DNA of 64,000 nucleotides from the human T2T-CHM13v2.0 reference genome, Homo sapiens: the NCBI RefSeq assembly GCF_009914755.1, contig NC_060925.1, one strand, 5' to 3'. The position numbers were made by a program, and so were the translations under genes. Positions 1 to 13,390 of the stretch are shown here, piece after piece; the first letter of the stretch is position 1, and every line of letters starts with the position of its first letter. The notes under the pieces are model-generated. The model was not told where the DNA came from. It saw only the letters and a list, made by a program, of their open reading frames with translations, and did not search any database.

Positions 1-163
1 CTAGTTGAAGATGAAGCTAGAAGGGCCTCAGGGTAGGAGATTATTCAAAAATTAAGAAGGCAGCTGAAAATAAGGCATAGAGAGCTGGGGAACCTAATGG
101 AAGTTGCTCTGGGGAAATAAAAAAGACTGAGAAGGTCAGGTGTGACTACATATGAAAGAAAAT

Positions 164-338
164 AAGGTACAAATACCTAATGCATGAGGGGCTTGAAACC
201 TAGATGACGTGTTGATAGCTGCAGCAAACCACCATGGCACATGTATACCTGTGTAACAAACCTGCACATTCTGCACATGTATCCTGAGACTTAAGTAAAA
301 TAAAAAAAAAAAATTTTAAGATGAAAAAAAAAGAAAAA
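164..338 (+). mobile_element. L1PA (L1PA7/8-like) 3' end, heavily 5'-truncated, with A-rich tail
   Basis: aaatacctaatgcatg...gcagcaaaccaccatggcacatgtatacc...aacctgcacattctgcacatgtatcc then A-rich tail; degenerate TSD-like aaataaggtacaa / aagtaaggacaa. Confidence 0.9.
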
Positions 339-1566
339 AGTAAGGACAAGGGTGAAAGTAAGAAAGGATTTAAAGAGACTGACAGCTGCAAGAGAAAGCC
401 CAGTGGAATCAAATGACTTGGGAACATAAATGGCATATCCTGATTGAACTACTTGATGAGTGATGTCTATTTTCTAGAATTTTATGTTAGGCAGAGCAGG
501 GATAATATAAATTAGGTTAACATGCATGCTCTCGGTTAGATATTAAGCAAAATAAGAACTCAGAACTTCTTATCTGCAAATAAAGTGACTGGTCAGGAGA
601 GCATTAGGATTGTCTTCCAAGGTACAAACTCTGTATTATGAAGACCAAGAGGAGAATCTTTGTGGAAATGACTAGAATAAGCCTAATTTATTTATGAGTT
701 AAATATCTAAAATATACACTAGTGAGAAAAAGATTGCTTATGAACTCACCAAAGTAAAAATGTTTTTGGAATAGTGATGAAGATTTTCCCATCTATATTT
801 CAAAGAGTGATTGTTACTAGTTCCTGAGAAAAACTGGGAAGAAGCCAAAGGTAGAATAACGTAGGAGAAAGGCATAATTTTTAGTGTAGCAAGTAGATGT
901 ATGATTTGGCTATTAGGGGAGAAATTGATAAAATTCAATCACCTGCCTATAACAGAAATAATAATGCAAACGGATTTAATTGGCTTAATTCAAAGGGTTC
1001 AAATGGATGCAGAATAACTGTAGAACACTTTCTAAAAGCAATAAATTTACCATAATTTCATACATTCACCAGAAGAATTTAAAATTAACTAAAATGTGAC
1101 CTTACAAGGCCTGAAAGTCCCATTATTCAATTTGCTTATTATAATGGTTAGAAATAATCCTTGTCTAAATAGATGATGGGGCTAGATGACATAGCCTATG
1201 GAGCCAATAAGTATCCTTTTAATTGCATAATGTCCAATGAAATATATTAGACCATTTGTGTTTGCAATGTGTTGAAACAATTTGATGTTATATTTGCAAA
1301 CTCATTGGCATTGGATGGTGTTTTTCCTTGTTTAAGAATGTTTCTAATAAAATTTCAGATTAAAAAGATAGAATTTAATACTAAAAATTTTAAGGGAAAG
1401 CTTTATACATAAGCTGATGAATATTTAATATTTGGATGCTACTCACATTGAGATATTGAGACATGGGAGGGAAAACACTTTCAATACTTCAGAATACAAC
1501 AGGAAAGTCTAATGACTATACTGCTAGAAAACATTTGAAATTTTTTAACATTATGAATTTTTAGGT

Positions 1567-1941
1567 TATGATGGTTAATACTGAGTGTCAACTTGATTGC
1601 ATTGAAGGATGCAAAATATTGTCCGTGGGTGTGTCTGTGAGGGTGTTGCTAAAGGAGATTAACATTTGAGTCAGTGGGCTGAGGAAGACAGACCCACCCA
1701 TAATCTGGGGGGCACAATCTAATCAGCTGCCAATGAATATAAGGCAGGCAGAAAAATGTGAAAAGGTGAGACTGGCCTAACCTTCCAGCCTACATCTTTC
1801 TCTTGCGCGGAATGCTTCCTGCCCTTGAACATCAGACTCCAAGTTCTTCAGTTTTGAGACTTGGACTGTCTCTCCTTGCTCCTCAAGCTTGCAGACAGCC
1901 TATTATGGGAACTTGTGATGGTGTAAGTTAATACTTAATAA
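1567..1941 (+). mobile_element. MLT2A (HERV-L LTR) solo copy, 3'-truncated
   Basis: Starts tatgatggttaatactgagtgtcaacttgattg; clearly homologous to the reverse complement of 12599-13027; stops at ...aatacttaataa. Confidence 0.9.
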
Positions 1942-2224
1942 TCAGTTGGGCCACCAAGCAGCTGGTTGGCTTCTGTTCATCTTCACTTTTTAATCTAGGA
2001 GTATCTTTAGTTAATAGTTGCGTGGAAAATGAGCCAACTGCAAATATTTAGAGGCAAATTTTAGGGGCACTAGTAAAGACATATTATTAAACGTGGTTAT
2101 GTGCCAGGTAATACAGAATTGACACAAAAGGAACCTAAGTGTTGGGGTCATTGGGCTTAGCAGAAGACACACATGGTCTCTTTTTGTCCTCATGACACTT
2201 AGTGTGGGAGCAAATATCTTCATG

Positions 2225-2330
2225 TCATATATGAGGCAACTGAGGTTTAGAAAGGGTAAAGAACTTTCTTAAAGTTCCAGTCCTGGTATGTGAAGGAGTC
2301 AGACTTAACTGAGATCCATGGTTTAGCCAC
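2225..2330 (-). mobile_element. MIR fragment
   Basis: atgaggcaactgaggtttagaaagggtaaag resembles the MIR core in antisense. Confidence 0.55.
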
Positions 2331-2801
2331 CACCGAGCTTGCCTCAGTGTGAATTTACTCCCGGTGGCAGACAGTTGATCAAGGTGGACGTAAAAGAAGC
2401 ATATTGTTGAGGAATCACTAGAGCTGGTGCTAGTAGTTATAGAAGTGGGGTAAGTAATTGCATGACAGGGACATATTCCTTTCTTAACACTGTTTGGTAG
2501 TTTCCATAACACACTCTAGATTATTATGCGTCAGGCACCACACCTGATACGGAGATACAGTGGTGAAGAAAACAAAGCTTTTGGTTTTATATAGCTTATA
2601 ACCTCAGGCCTGCCACCCTCTTGGTAAAACCGATCTCTTGCCTACATGTGACCTACACCCTTAGTCTTATGCCATAAAGCTCTTGACCACATTCTGTACC
2701 TCATTCAGCCTGCCTTCCTTCCATCTTCCCTCCTATATCTGGCTGGCCCCTGGCCCTCACCAAGGCAGTTGACTGACCTGGGGTCCCGTGGGAAGGTCTA
2801 G

Positions 2802-3065
2802 ACAGGGCCACCTAATGAGTTCATGGGTCCTGGGTGCTTCTGCCTTCATGGGCCCCTCTTCTATAAACATCACAGTAAAAATTATGTTTCATGACTGAGT
2901 TGATATCCAGATGACTCTATTAACATTACATGCTAAACTATTTTCTTTAACCTAAATGGTTTTTTTTCTTCTGTTTTTAAAACAAATTAACACATTTTCA
3001 TGGACCCCTAAAAGTATTGCAGGCCCTAGGTCCTGCATCTACTGTGCCTAATGGATTCACTGGTT
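2802..3065 (-). mobile_element. ORSL-like hAT-Tip100 DNA transposon
   Basis: Reverse complement of 3000-3060 reads atccattaggcacagtag...ctagggcc...atacttttaggggtccatgaaaatg, as in the ORSL 5' end; cagggcc terminus near 2802. Confidence 0.65.
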
Positions 3066-5241
3066 GTGGGTCTAGTCACCAACTGGCAAAAGCTGTTGCT
3101 GACCTGAAAGTCAGACAAAATTAGTCAATAGGTACCCTCTTTGATTGATTGTGATCTGTCTGTGAGTGACTTTTCTGGGAGTTTAAGACTTCTGCCCTTT
3201 TGCTTTGACTGCTATAATCATCACTCAGTTGTCACTTGGTAATTGCCTAATTATATTATTTGGTGATAAGTGAAGTTTTTAAGCGACAAACTCTTCCAAA
3301 CAGCTGTGATTGAATTTGTTTTTGATACTTTATTTAATTTACAATTGCATTTGTAAAATCAGAATTAGTCTAATTTATTTAATGACCCCCATCACAGGCT
3401 GTAGGATATTTTCTGAGGGCTTTTAATTATACATGAATCAACACCATAATTTTAGAAGGGTTCAAGTGAAGTAGGCATTCACATAATTTCCACCATTGGT
3501 TCTCAGCTAACAATTTAGTAATTTCCCCCTGCTACAGTAAAAATCTTCTTAATAAATACAAAATGTTTTTCCAAAAGGTTGAATTCATCTAGTAATTTAG
3601 AGATCTATCTTTCTCTTTTAAAGTTTTGGAATCTAGTTATTGACTTTTTCTATTCTGTTCTCAGGATAAATATATTTCTTTGAATGAAGTTAATGATGTT
3701 ATGACTGATCCTGAACAAAAGGTTAAGTTCTTATAAGGACCAGAATTGAATTTTTGGTTAATTTGTTAAAGTGGTTTCATCTATGCTTTTGTTTTTCCTC
3801 CAAACTTAAGTGTCCCTTAATTAGCCTTACCTTAAAGGGAATTTGCATTACATTTCACTCTTTTAGGGAGACCATGATGATGACATTTGGAAGCATCTCA
3901 GGAGACAAGAATAAAACGCCATTTTTTTTCCCACTTCGCTAACAACTCAGTGTTCTGAAAAGTCTGGAATGTGCTATGAAAAGTTTGTGTGCTTAGTGAA
4001 ATGTTGTACAATTGGCCAATCCACTAAGTCTTGGGAAATGTCTTAGGAGCTTGGCAAGAAGAAGTTCTCAAGAGAGCCTGAATGCTGCCAGTTTCCAATT
4101 GGCCAAGACACATTACAAGGACAACTGTCTCTCTGAGCAACCTGGCATTTCCACTCCAATTGGAATCTGCAAGGGGAAGATGCGCAGGGGAAGAAGATTA
4201 AACAAACCTTTTCAGATTTCTGGTCCAGGTGAATTTTTCATTTATCTGGTGTGCTTCACTCTTCTTTTGATCACTGACCATTTCCAATATTAGGGAACAC
4301 TGGACACATTGCAGGTTCATTTTTAGAACTGATCAACAGCCAAGGAAAATGCAAGATGAGTGAACTGATCTATCTTTATACATAAACACAAGGCGTTTAA
4401 CCTGCCTGAACAGTTCAAATTGTTGCTAATAAAATTTTAGATCTGCTCTGTGAGGCAACCTGCCTGTCACGTTGGCTGTTGCTCAAGTAGCTCCCACCCT
4501 CGATGCATGTTTAGGAAATGTGACAGCTGTGCTCTTTGCCTGGCTGCTTCCATTTATGAAAACATGGGGGTAAATGGCAGTCACCCCCATAGGCCATTTA
4601 CTGTGAATCTTCTTTTCTAGGCACAGCCAAGACTAAATGCCCCCAACAGAATCGAATAACAGTCATTCAGGGCCTACCTCAAATAGGTTTAATTTGCTTT
4701 TTACAAAAAAAGGCCTCAGGAAATTAAAAAATTTGCCTAATTGGAATTCTAAAAAACATAGTTTTTTTTTTCTTAAAACAATACCCATTTTATGTGATTT
4801 TAACATATCCACTTCTGATGGTAGCTTCTCTAGGGAAGCAAGACAAAAATATCCAATTACACCAAGTAAAATTTGCCACCTAAAGTTTATCTTCTGGGTA
4901 TGGCTGGGGAGGGATTATAGGGCTTGGAGCCCACACATGCCCCTTTGGCAAATCTGATCTCATTCTATCTTGTAAGCATTGTCAGTGGTGTCATCTCTGA
5001 AAAGAAAACCTAGTGGCAGATGAGTTGAGACAGTTCCTTCAGTGTGGGTTATTAATTTATCTTTGTCTGTAGAATACTGGTTTCCTTTATCACCATGCTC
5101 TTCCTGTCCCTGCATCTTTCAAAGTGCTCCTGGGATTTTGCTTATGCTGTGTGATGCTTATCAGAGTGGTCTCTGCCCTATCTTGTGCAGTCAGCGCAGA
5201 AAGGGAGCCAGGGAGATTCTGGGGCAAGCCCTGACACATTT

Positions 5242-5287
5242 CCCATGTTCCCATCTTTGCCCATGTTCCCATCTTTGCCCATGTTCC
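5242..5287 (+). repeat. 18-bp tandem repeat, about 2.5 copies (cccatgttcccatctttg)
   Basis: Perfect copies at 5242-5259 and 5260-5277, partial copy at 5278-5287. Confidence 0.95.
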
Positions 5288-5699
5288 TATAGTCTGAAAG
5301 CCATGCTTTGAAAACTCCCCCTTCCCCTGCCTTTTTAGTTTCTATTACAGTCTCACTATTGTGAATCCCTGGGCCACCACAAAAATACTAGTGTAATGGG
5401 GCTTAAGCAAGTGAAGGCTTCTATCAGATGACTGGAGATCAATATGGAAATTTCATGCACTGCTCCTAATAGGTCTCATTACTCTATGAGCAGACATGCA
5501 TATCTACTTTTTTTGGATGGGATGCTTTGAGCAGAGCTCTTCTTGCATGTAATGAGTGATGAGTGAATAAGTGAAAGGAGAATCCCAGTGAACAACACCT
5601 CTGTCTGCTTTCATGTCTTTGATGAGCACCAGGAGGCTTTCCCAGATTGTCCCACTGGTGTTCACTCCAGTGTTTTATCACACAAATTATCCATTTCCA

Positions 5700-6050
5700 T
5701 TAGTACATATATTTATACCCCTCCTAGGTGCCAGGCATTTTGTTAAAATGTCAACCTCCAGACCAGTAATTCAGTGTCTCAGGCATCAGAAATCAACATG
5801 GAGAGATGGTGAACCCAGCAGACAATCCTAACAGCAGGTGGAAAGTGCTTTGCTAGAGGCATCGCAAGGGCTGGTGGGAATACAGAAAGAGCACCTGGCC
5901 CTGACTAATGAGGTTAGAAGAGATGCCACTTTAATTTTAAAAATTAATTGGCATTAGCAGTGAAGAATATAAAGAAGGGAGTAGTAGGAAGGAGAGAGAG
6001 ATTGGCATTTTGAAAGCATAGAGACTTGAAGCTTGAAGAACTAAAAGCAA
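5700..6050 (-). mobile_element. L2 fragment
   Basis: atatttata...ctaggtgccaggcattttgtt...gggaatacagaaagagcacctggccctgac, typical of antisense L2. Confidence 0.5.
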
Positions 6051-7241
6051 ATGAACAAGATCTTCATTGTATCAAGATTAGGTATCTGCTGTTTTTCTAC
6101 ATCTCATCTCCTTCTGTTGGATAATCTTTGGAGATGAGGCCTAATTGGCCAGCATTTCCCACATAGACATCTTCATATGTTTATGGTCACTTCTGGTCTC
6201 TACACTTGAAGAGGGAGACAGGAATAGTGACTTTTGCTCAGAAGGAAGAAGACAATTTGTGAGAGAAGTTAAAATTGGGTCATAAAGCAGATGCCTGAAG
6301 GAGGTGGTGGTGTTTGGTCTGGAGAAATGACAACTCAAGGGGCTTCAAACCTTTGAAGGATTATTGTTCAGAAGATGGATTAGTCCAGGTTTGACAGTGT
6401 CCCACAATGCCGCCATGTTTCTTATCAGACATCAATAATTAAACAAAGCCTTTGTTCCCTTCAAACACCAGATGCAGCCTCACAATCCCCCTCAGCAAGG
6501 TGCTTTCAGCAGTAAATTCTGTACCGTAACTCGGATTAAAGTTTTTCGCCATTCTTAGATTGGACAGGAACTGTGTGTTCCTGAGGGTTCAACTGATACC
6601 AATGGGTAAAAGATATAGGGATTCAACTTTAAAAACTGTCAGAGTTGACCAGTGATGGACTAGGTCACTCCTAGGCTTAGTGAGTTTCCTAATATGAAAG
6701 GTTTTCAGATATATATATTAGAAAAAATGTATCATATAAATTTTTGTGATGTCTCACTTTCCCAAACCTAGCCTTTTGGTGAAAAGGGCCAGAAAGTAAC
6801 TGTCTCTGAGAAGCAGTGAGGTCAGAGGTACCCCATGTCTAGGGATGACTGGTGTCTTCTTTGGGTCACAGTGGCAGCACTCCGGTAGAGCTCCAAAGCG
6901 GAAGATGCACCAAGGGAAAGGCTGAACTCCAGGCAAAGGGTTTTCAGTCTTGCCGTGGTGTTTACTGTGGGACATGTGGAAAGAGCACCACTTTTTCAGG
7001 GACCACTAGTGGTTTAAAAAATTGGGACATTAGAGGCAACTGTGACAGGCTGGAGAGTCATGGCTTTTACCCCTTTAATCTCCTGAACTCTAAAGTGACC
7101 CTGAGAGAAGAAAGGGCCTTCAGTAATGGTGACAGAATTTCCTGCCAGCCAAATAGGCATGAGGCTTAGAGTCAGATTTTATTTTACTTAGATGAAAAAA
7201 AAAAAAAGATTTCTTCTACATGTACTTTTGTTTAGTGGCTA

Positions 7242-7588
<347 letters not shown>

Positions 7589-8012
7589 TTGGTGAGGAAG
7601 TCATCAAGGAGATTCAAACATTGAAACCAGTGTGGACTACTTAAATTGTCAAGTCTCTCTCAATTCTGAGATGTTATACTTTTTTGATTCATGAAATTTG
7701 TAATCAATCATTTTCTTTACTCTTATTTAAGCAGAACAACTCTAATTCCTTCTATTCTACCTCATATGATGTGCAAGATATCTTCATTTACCTTTTGCAC
7801 ATGGCTTGTAAGCTTTAACAATAATTTCAAATTCTTTTAAATATACGGTTCCCCAAATCTGATACTATCGGCTAAGCATGGCCCCAAATTCTGCATCTAT
7901 GAAATGCAGCAATTAGTAGCACCGGCTCAAGGACAGATTCACTGTGAAATTAATGAAGCTTCACTTCAGGGCTCCTCTCACATTTTCTGGGACTCTTCCA
8001 AGACCTTAGGAG

Positions 8013-8095
8013 CAGGGTTGTTAAATTTAGCAGATAAAAAGATATGGGATACCTAGTTATGTTTGAATATCAGATTCAAGTATATAATAAATGAA

Positions 8096-8140
<45 letters not shown>

Positions 8141-8248
8141 AAGTATGTCCCAAATTTTTCATGAGACAATATTATACTTAAAAATTATTCACTTTTTAGA
8201 TGAAATTCGAATTTAACTAGGAGTCCTGTATTTTATCTGGCAACCCCA
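8013..8248. mobile_element. MER53 palindromic MITE
   Basis: Termini cagggttgttaaatttagcagataaaaa and cctgtattttatctggcaacccca; central agtatgtcccaaat...catgagac symmetry. Confidence 0.88.
8099..8136. repeat. (TA)19 microsatellite inside MER53
   Basis: Read directly. Confidence 0.97.
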
Positions 8249-9859
8249 GCAATAGAGCATTAGTAATTTTTTATTTTTCTTCTCAAAGACGGAGGCCAAA
8301 TTGGTTAAGCTCTATGCCCCCAAACCTGGATTCTCTTGTGTCCTTAAAGCACGAATAACTTAAAGCACATTACCATTATTAAAACTACCATGGTTATTGC
8401 TGTTGTTTTAGGAGAAATATGCCTCGATAAAGAAAGGCCACATTTTATGGCCTTTGCTGACATATTCAGCTTAGGATGAACCAAGAACAGCAGCTCTCTT
8501 TTTCCTCACTCATGTTTAATTACTTTTTCTGTCTTGAAAATTCCATTTGCGTTAGGCCCTCTCTATTCACAGCATTTTAATTAATCTGTAGCATGTTCCT
8601 AGCCACATTCCTCACCACTGCTTCTCCTTTCAATAGATAAAGCGAATAAATGTAACTTAGAGTCAGAAACAGGATTCTCTCACTCATGCGAAAGCCTGTG
8701 AAAATATTATTGGAATACTCACAAAAAGAAAAGGAGAAAGAAAAGAAATTGTATTCTAAGGCCAATTGTCTGCTTTATTTTTATAGCTCAATGCCATTTT
8801 TATGATTTTTGAATAGCCGAAGAGGTCTTTCTCCTTTCCCCTGTATTTTAACCCACTAGTCATTTATGAGACCTGCATCAGCTCACTTCACCCTGGGCAG
8901 TAGCTCTATGGATGTCCATTTCTGACAATTAGCCAAGTTTTCTCTGGCTGCTTGCCACAGGGAACTGCTTGTCAAACAGGAACAATGAAACTCTATTTTA
9001 GCCAAGCTAGTATTTACCTAGCTCACCACCACTCTACTCCTATCAACTTAAGTTCCCATCAAAACCTGATGAATCCCATGAATCCTTGATAGAGCACTGC
9101 CAACCCATGAGGAGGGCTTCGTGCTGTTCCTCAGCATCTGGGATATAAAGGACTTTCACTGTGCTTAAGTAAACAATATGTTTCTTACCAGTTTCTTAAG
9201 GTTTCTTTGGCAAGCAACTAAGGAGTAGGCTTGTAATATTTTTACATACTATGCTTGGAATCGCTAATGCAAAATCAATTATCTCACCATCGTTTTAAAC
9301 ACTGTGGGAAAAGTACAGGAGTTATGCTAATGTTTCAGAGAATACTGTTTGCCCCCATGGAAGTTATGCTGTTTTATCACTGATAGTTCTCACCCTATGC
9401 TTAACCTTGAATGATTTTCCTTTCCCAACCGGTATCCCAGTGCCATGGTGTCACTCAGTACCTTTGTTTCTGTACACCAGGTCTATACTAGTTGAACACT
9501 TCAGGGCCATAAAGTCATAGTCATTTGTTTGCCAGTATACTCTCAGCAGTGGTTATCTCTACATTGACCAGCCCGCATTTTGTTTATCATGAAATTCAGT
9601 CTAAAGTAAACTGCAGAAACAGCCTGGACATTGTCCTTTATTGCAAGATACAGTGATTGTTTCCTGTGGCCAAAGGTTTTCCCAGGGTCAAAGCAGGCTG
9701 CTACTTCAGAAAGGTCCTAGGACAGTGTCATGGTATGAAGCAATGTCCTGGGTAAGTACTGAGAATTAAACTTGGTCTCCATTTTTTAAAGGGAGGTGGA
9801 GCACTAAATGACTGCTGGTCTTCAGGGCTTCTACTAATAATATTTATTACAGTAGTTGA

Positions 9860-10935
9860 AATATTTTGAGGGCTTTCTATGTGCCAGGCTTTGCAGTATG
9901 GGATTTACTACACCATCTCCTTAAATCTTCACCTCCTGATGAAGTGTCAATATTAGTTTCCCCATTATACAAATGCAAAACTGAGTGGTTAAAGAATTTC
10001 TCAAAGTAATAAAGCCAATTCATTGTGGAAAGTGTTGGTGGAAGGTCAAAATAGATTTGGTGGGCTCTGGCGTTCAGCATCATCTAACGTAATTAATCTT
10101 GGACCAAGTACAGAGCCACCTTAATTGAATCCTGGATCTACAGCTCACTTGGAGTTTTTTTTTTTTTAATTCTGCTTCTTTGTTGATAAGATGAATTTAG
10201 TAACAGCATCTGTAGTAACTGGTTGTAAAGATTGAAGGGATGCTAATAACAGTGACACTTATGAATGCTTATCATGTGCCAATCACTGTGTCTAAGTTCA
10301 GTGAACATATCTGCTTATTTAATTCTGACCACAAGCCTGTGAGGTAGATAATCCTGCCTGTCTCCTTCTAGAGACAAGGAAGCTGAGGTTCACAGAAGTT
10401 AAGTAACTTTGCCAAGATTATGTAGAGAGTAAATGAAGCTGGGCTATGAACTCAGGCATTTGGTGAGCTTGGAACCACCTTTACTCCATTGCTTTCAGTA
10501 ACATAACCAAAGCACTTAGCACAGTGCCTTGCCTCATGGTAACCAATCAATAAATGTTAACCATTTAAGAATATAACTCTGTATCAGACATTATGCTAGG
10601 CATTTAACATATATTATTTATAAAATTCTCAGGACCACCTAATAAGATATCAATGAACCCAATTTTGCATATTTGGATATCAAGTTGCAGATTAAATATT
10701 AGGTCGGTGCAAAAGCCATTGCAGTTTTTGCCATTAAAAGTAATGGCAGATGCTGTTACTAAATTCATTCCTTAAAAGTAATGGCAAAAACTGCAATCAC
10801 TTTTGCACCAACTTTATACTTTGCCCAAGGTTACATCTCCTGCCCAACATCGCATTCCAAGTGGGTAAGTATATTGGGCACAGACCCTTTGCTTCTTTGT
10901 ACCCCAAAACCTGTGGCTTTGACCAGTCTGCCAGA
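9860..10935 (-). mobile_element. Cluster of MIR fragments, mostly antisense; the last is interrupted by MADE1
   Basis: Repeated MIR core motifs: cccattatacaaatgcaaaactgagtggttaag, agctgaggttcacagaagttaagtaactttgccaag, ctttgcccaaggttacatc. Confidence 0.7.
10699..10816. mobile_element. MADE1 (Hsmar1-derived mariner MITE) with 38-bp internal expansion
   Basis: TIRs ttaggtcggtgcaaaag...gcagtttttgccatt and aatggcaaaaactgcaatcacttttgcaccaacttta; TA TSD at 10697-10698 and 10817-10818. Confidence 0.93.
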
Positions 10936-11904
10936 CTATAGATGCTATTTTTAGAAATAACAGTCTCAGGTAGTGGCATGTTTTTACACAAGCCTATTAA
11001 TTTTTCTGTTTCTTTCAAAAGCTCCCATGTAGTCTTTTTTGATACTTATTTAGGTTTAGTTTCTGAAACATTATAGTAAAGCATAATCATGAAATTGATC
11101 ATGTATTACTACTTACGTTTTTTCTTTGGCCTCTCTGTCCCAACACAGTCTCCTCATTCAATGTTTCTCATCTCACTGGGAGTATTGACGCTATAGGAAG
11201 CATTTTGCATTCTAGGGCTCTACTGCACCTCACTTTGGGGTGATATATCAGACAATCAGTCACAGCAAGATACTAAGTGCCAGATGTTACTTTGTTAGCT
11301 AGGATCATCCTTTAAACATTTGTCTCCAGTCCTGAAAGGGGAAATGCCCTAATGTGCAGAAAACATGGCTTTTTATAAGGAAGCATTCAGGCTGCTAATT
11401 AGCCACCAGGAGTGATCCAAAAAAAATAAACTTAACCCAAAGGAAACGGGCCATATTCTATAACTCAATAGTATTTTCAATGGGTGAAGATAGGAGGAGG
11501 GGTGCATACTCTAAGGAAGAACTTATCTGATGGCTTCTCTTGTCTTTTTTTAAATCCTAGTGGCTACTGGGGTTTTCCTAGGACCTTTTTCATTTTCTGA
11601 TTACTCAAAGAATATTTAGAAAAGGCTTGTTATGTGAATGTAGCTGTGCTGTGTACTGTAGAGACTTTTATTGTAGGATCTTTGCCCTTAGGGAGTTACT
11701 ATTAGACACAATTTGGTTTACATGTCTTTGTATAGTTGAAATTATTTTGATTGATTAATTTATGTATTCATTAAACATTTTGGAATTGCATGCCTAGTGT
11801 ATCTTTAAGAAAACCAGAATCATGATAACACTGAAATACATATTCTTTACAGGTTTTGTCTTTAGTACATCAACCGTAGGAGCTAACCAGGGAAAACATT
11901 ATCT

Positions 11905-12324
11905 TGTACTAGTTTCCTATTTCTGCTATAACAAATTATCACAAACCTAATGGTGTAAAACAGCATAAATTTATTATCTCATAGTTCTGGAGGTCAAAGA
12001 TCCAAAGTGGATTTTGCTGAGCCCAAATCTATCTGTCAGCCAGGCCATGCAACCTCTTGCCTTTTTCACCTTCTAGCGACCTAGTGCATTCCTGGCTCAT
12101 GGCCTCTTCCTCTGTCTTGAGATCTCTAACAAATACCTCTTTGACTCTGGCCCTCTGCCTCCATCATCATAACTCCTGCCTTTTGTGATTTTGATTTTCC
12201 TGTCTCTCTTATAAAAACTCTTGGGACCCTTGTGATTACATTGGGGCTATCCACATAATCCAGGATAACCGTCCTACCTCAACATCCTTAATTTAATTAC
12301 ATCTGCAAAGTACCTTTTACCATG
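11905..12324 (-). mobile_element. MLT1D-like MaLR LTR (incomplete)
   Basis: tgtactagtttcctatttctgctataacaaattatcacaaac...cttgtgattacattgggg...ataatccaggataa...ttacatctgcaaagt. Confidence 0.8.
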
Positions 12325-12598
12325 AGTATTAGTTTCCTAGGACTGCCATGTTCCCTCTAAGACTCTCGCTAGAGTCCTTCCTTATGTCTTCCTTGCTTCT
12401 GGCAGTGGTGGCAGCTCTTGGCATTCCTCGGCTTGCAGCTGTATCACTCCAGTCTCTGCCTCTTGCTGTCACATGGTTTCTTTTCACATAGCCTTCCTGT
12501 GTTTGTTTTCACATGGCGTCTTCCTCTTCTTATGAAGACACCAGTTATATTGGATTAGTGCTCACCCTAATGACCTCATCTTAGTTTGATTACGTCTG
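12325..12598 (-). mobile_element. MLT1B/C-like MaLR LTR, cut by the HERV-L insertion
   Basis: gtattagtttcctaggactgccat...cttatgaagacaccagttatattggattag...ctaatgacctcatcttagtttgattacgtctg. Confidence 0.75.
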
Positions 12599-13027
12599 TG
12601 TATTATTCAGGGTTCTCTAGAGAGACAGAACTATGTAAAGGGGAGTTTATTAAGTATTAACTCACATGATCACAAGGTCCCACAATAGGCTGTCTGTAGG
12701 CTGAAGAGAAAGGAGAGCCAGTCTGAGTTTCAAAAGTGAACAACTTGGAGTCCGACGTTCAAGGGCAGGAAGCATCCAGCATGGGAGAAAGATGTAGGCT
12801 GAGAGGCTAAGCCAGTCTCACCTTTTCACATTTTTCTGCTTGCTTATATTCTAGCCATGCTGCCAGCTGATTAAATTGTGTCCACCCAGATTAAGGGTGG
12901 GTCTGCCTTTCCCAGCCCACTGACTCAAATGTTAATCTCCTTTGGCAACACCCTCACAGACACACCCAGGATCAATACTTTGTATCCTTCAATCTAATCA
13001 AGTTGACACTCAGTATTAACCATCACA
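12599..13027 (-). mobile_element. MLT2A 3' LTR of a HERV-L provirus
   Basis: Complete TG...CA LTR; adjoins the polypurine tract (minus strand aaggggtggatt, 13028-13039); AATAAA on minus strand at 12646-12651. Confidence 0.95.
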
Positions 13028-13390
13028 AATCCACCCCTTGTCAACTTGAACCCATGCACATCTCTTGAGATCATATATAATCTCCAAATAAAGAAAATAA
13101 TAAGGTCATAATTATGCCTAACATAATACAACTATCCTTCATACAACCAATGCCCAACCCAAATACCATTACATAAAGTTAACAATACTTAAATGCTGAT
13201 GTGAAGTCAATAAATCTTCTGTCACATGATAAGGAGAAAGGAAATAAAACGAAGATATTTTCTTAGTACAAGTGTATACATGCACAAACATGTTTTTAAC
13301 AAAAGAAGGAGGAAACTCATGACAATTACAGTCCTCGTAGCTGCAGTTGGTCACGTGGTTGTAGCTGGTATTCATGACTACCTTCTTCTA

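Larger units (their letters stand above)
7928..8340 (+). mobile_element. MER69A-like hAT element, split by MER53
   Basis: Left part caaggacagattcactgtgaaattaatgaagcttcacttcagggc; right part ...caaattggttaagctc...caaacctggattc. Confidence 0.7.
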
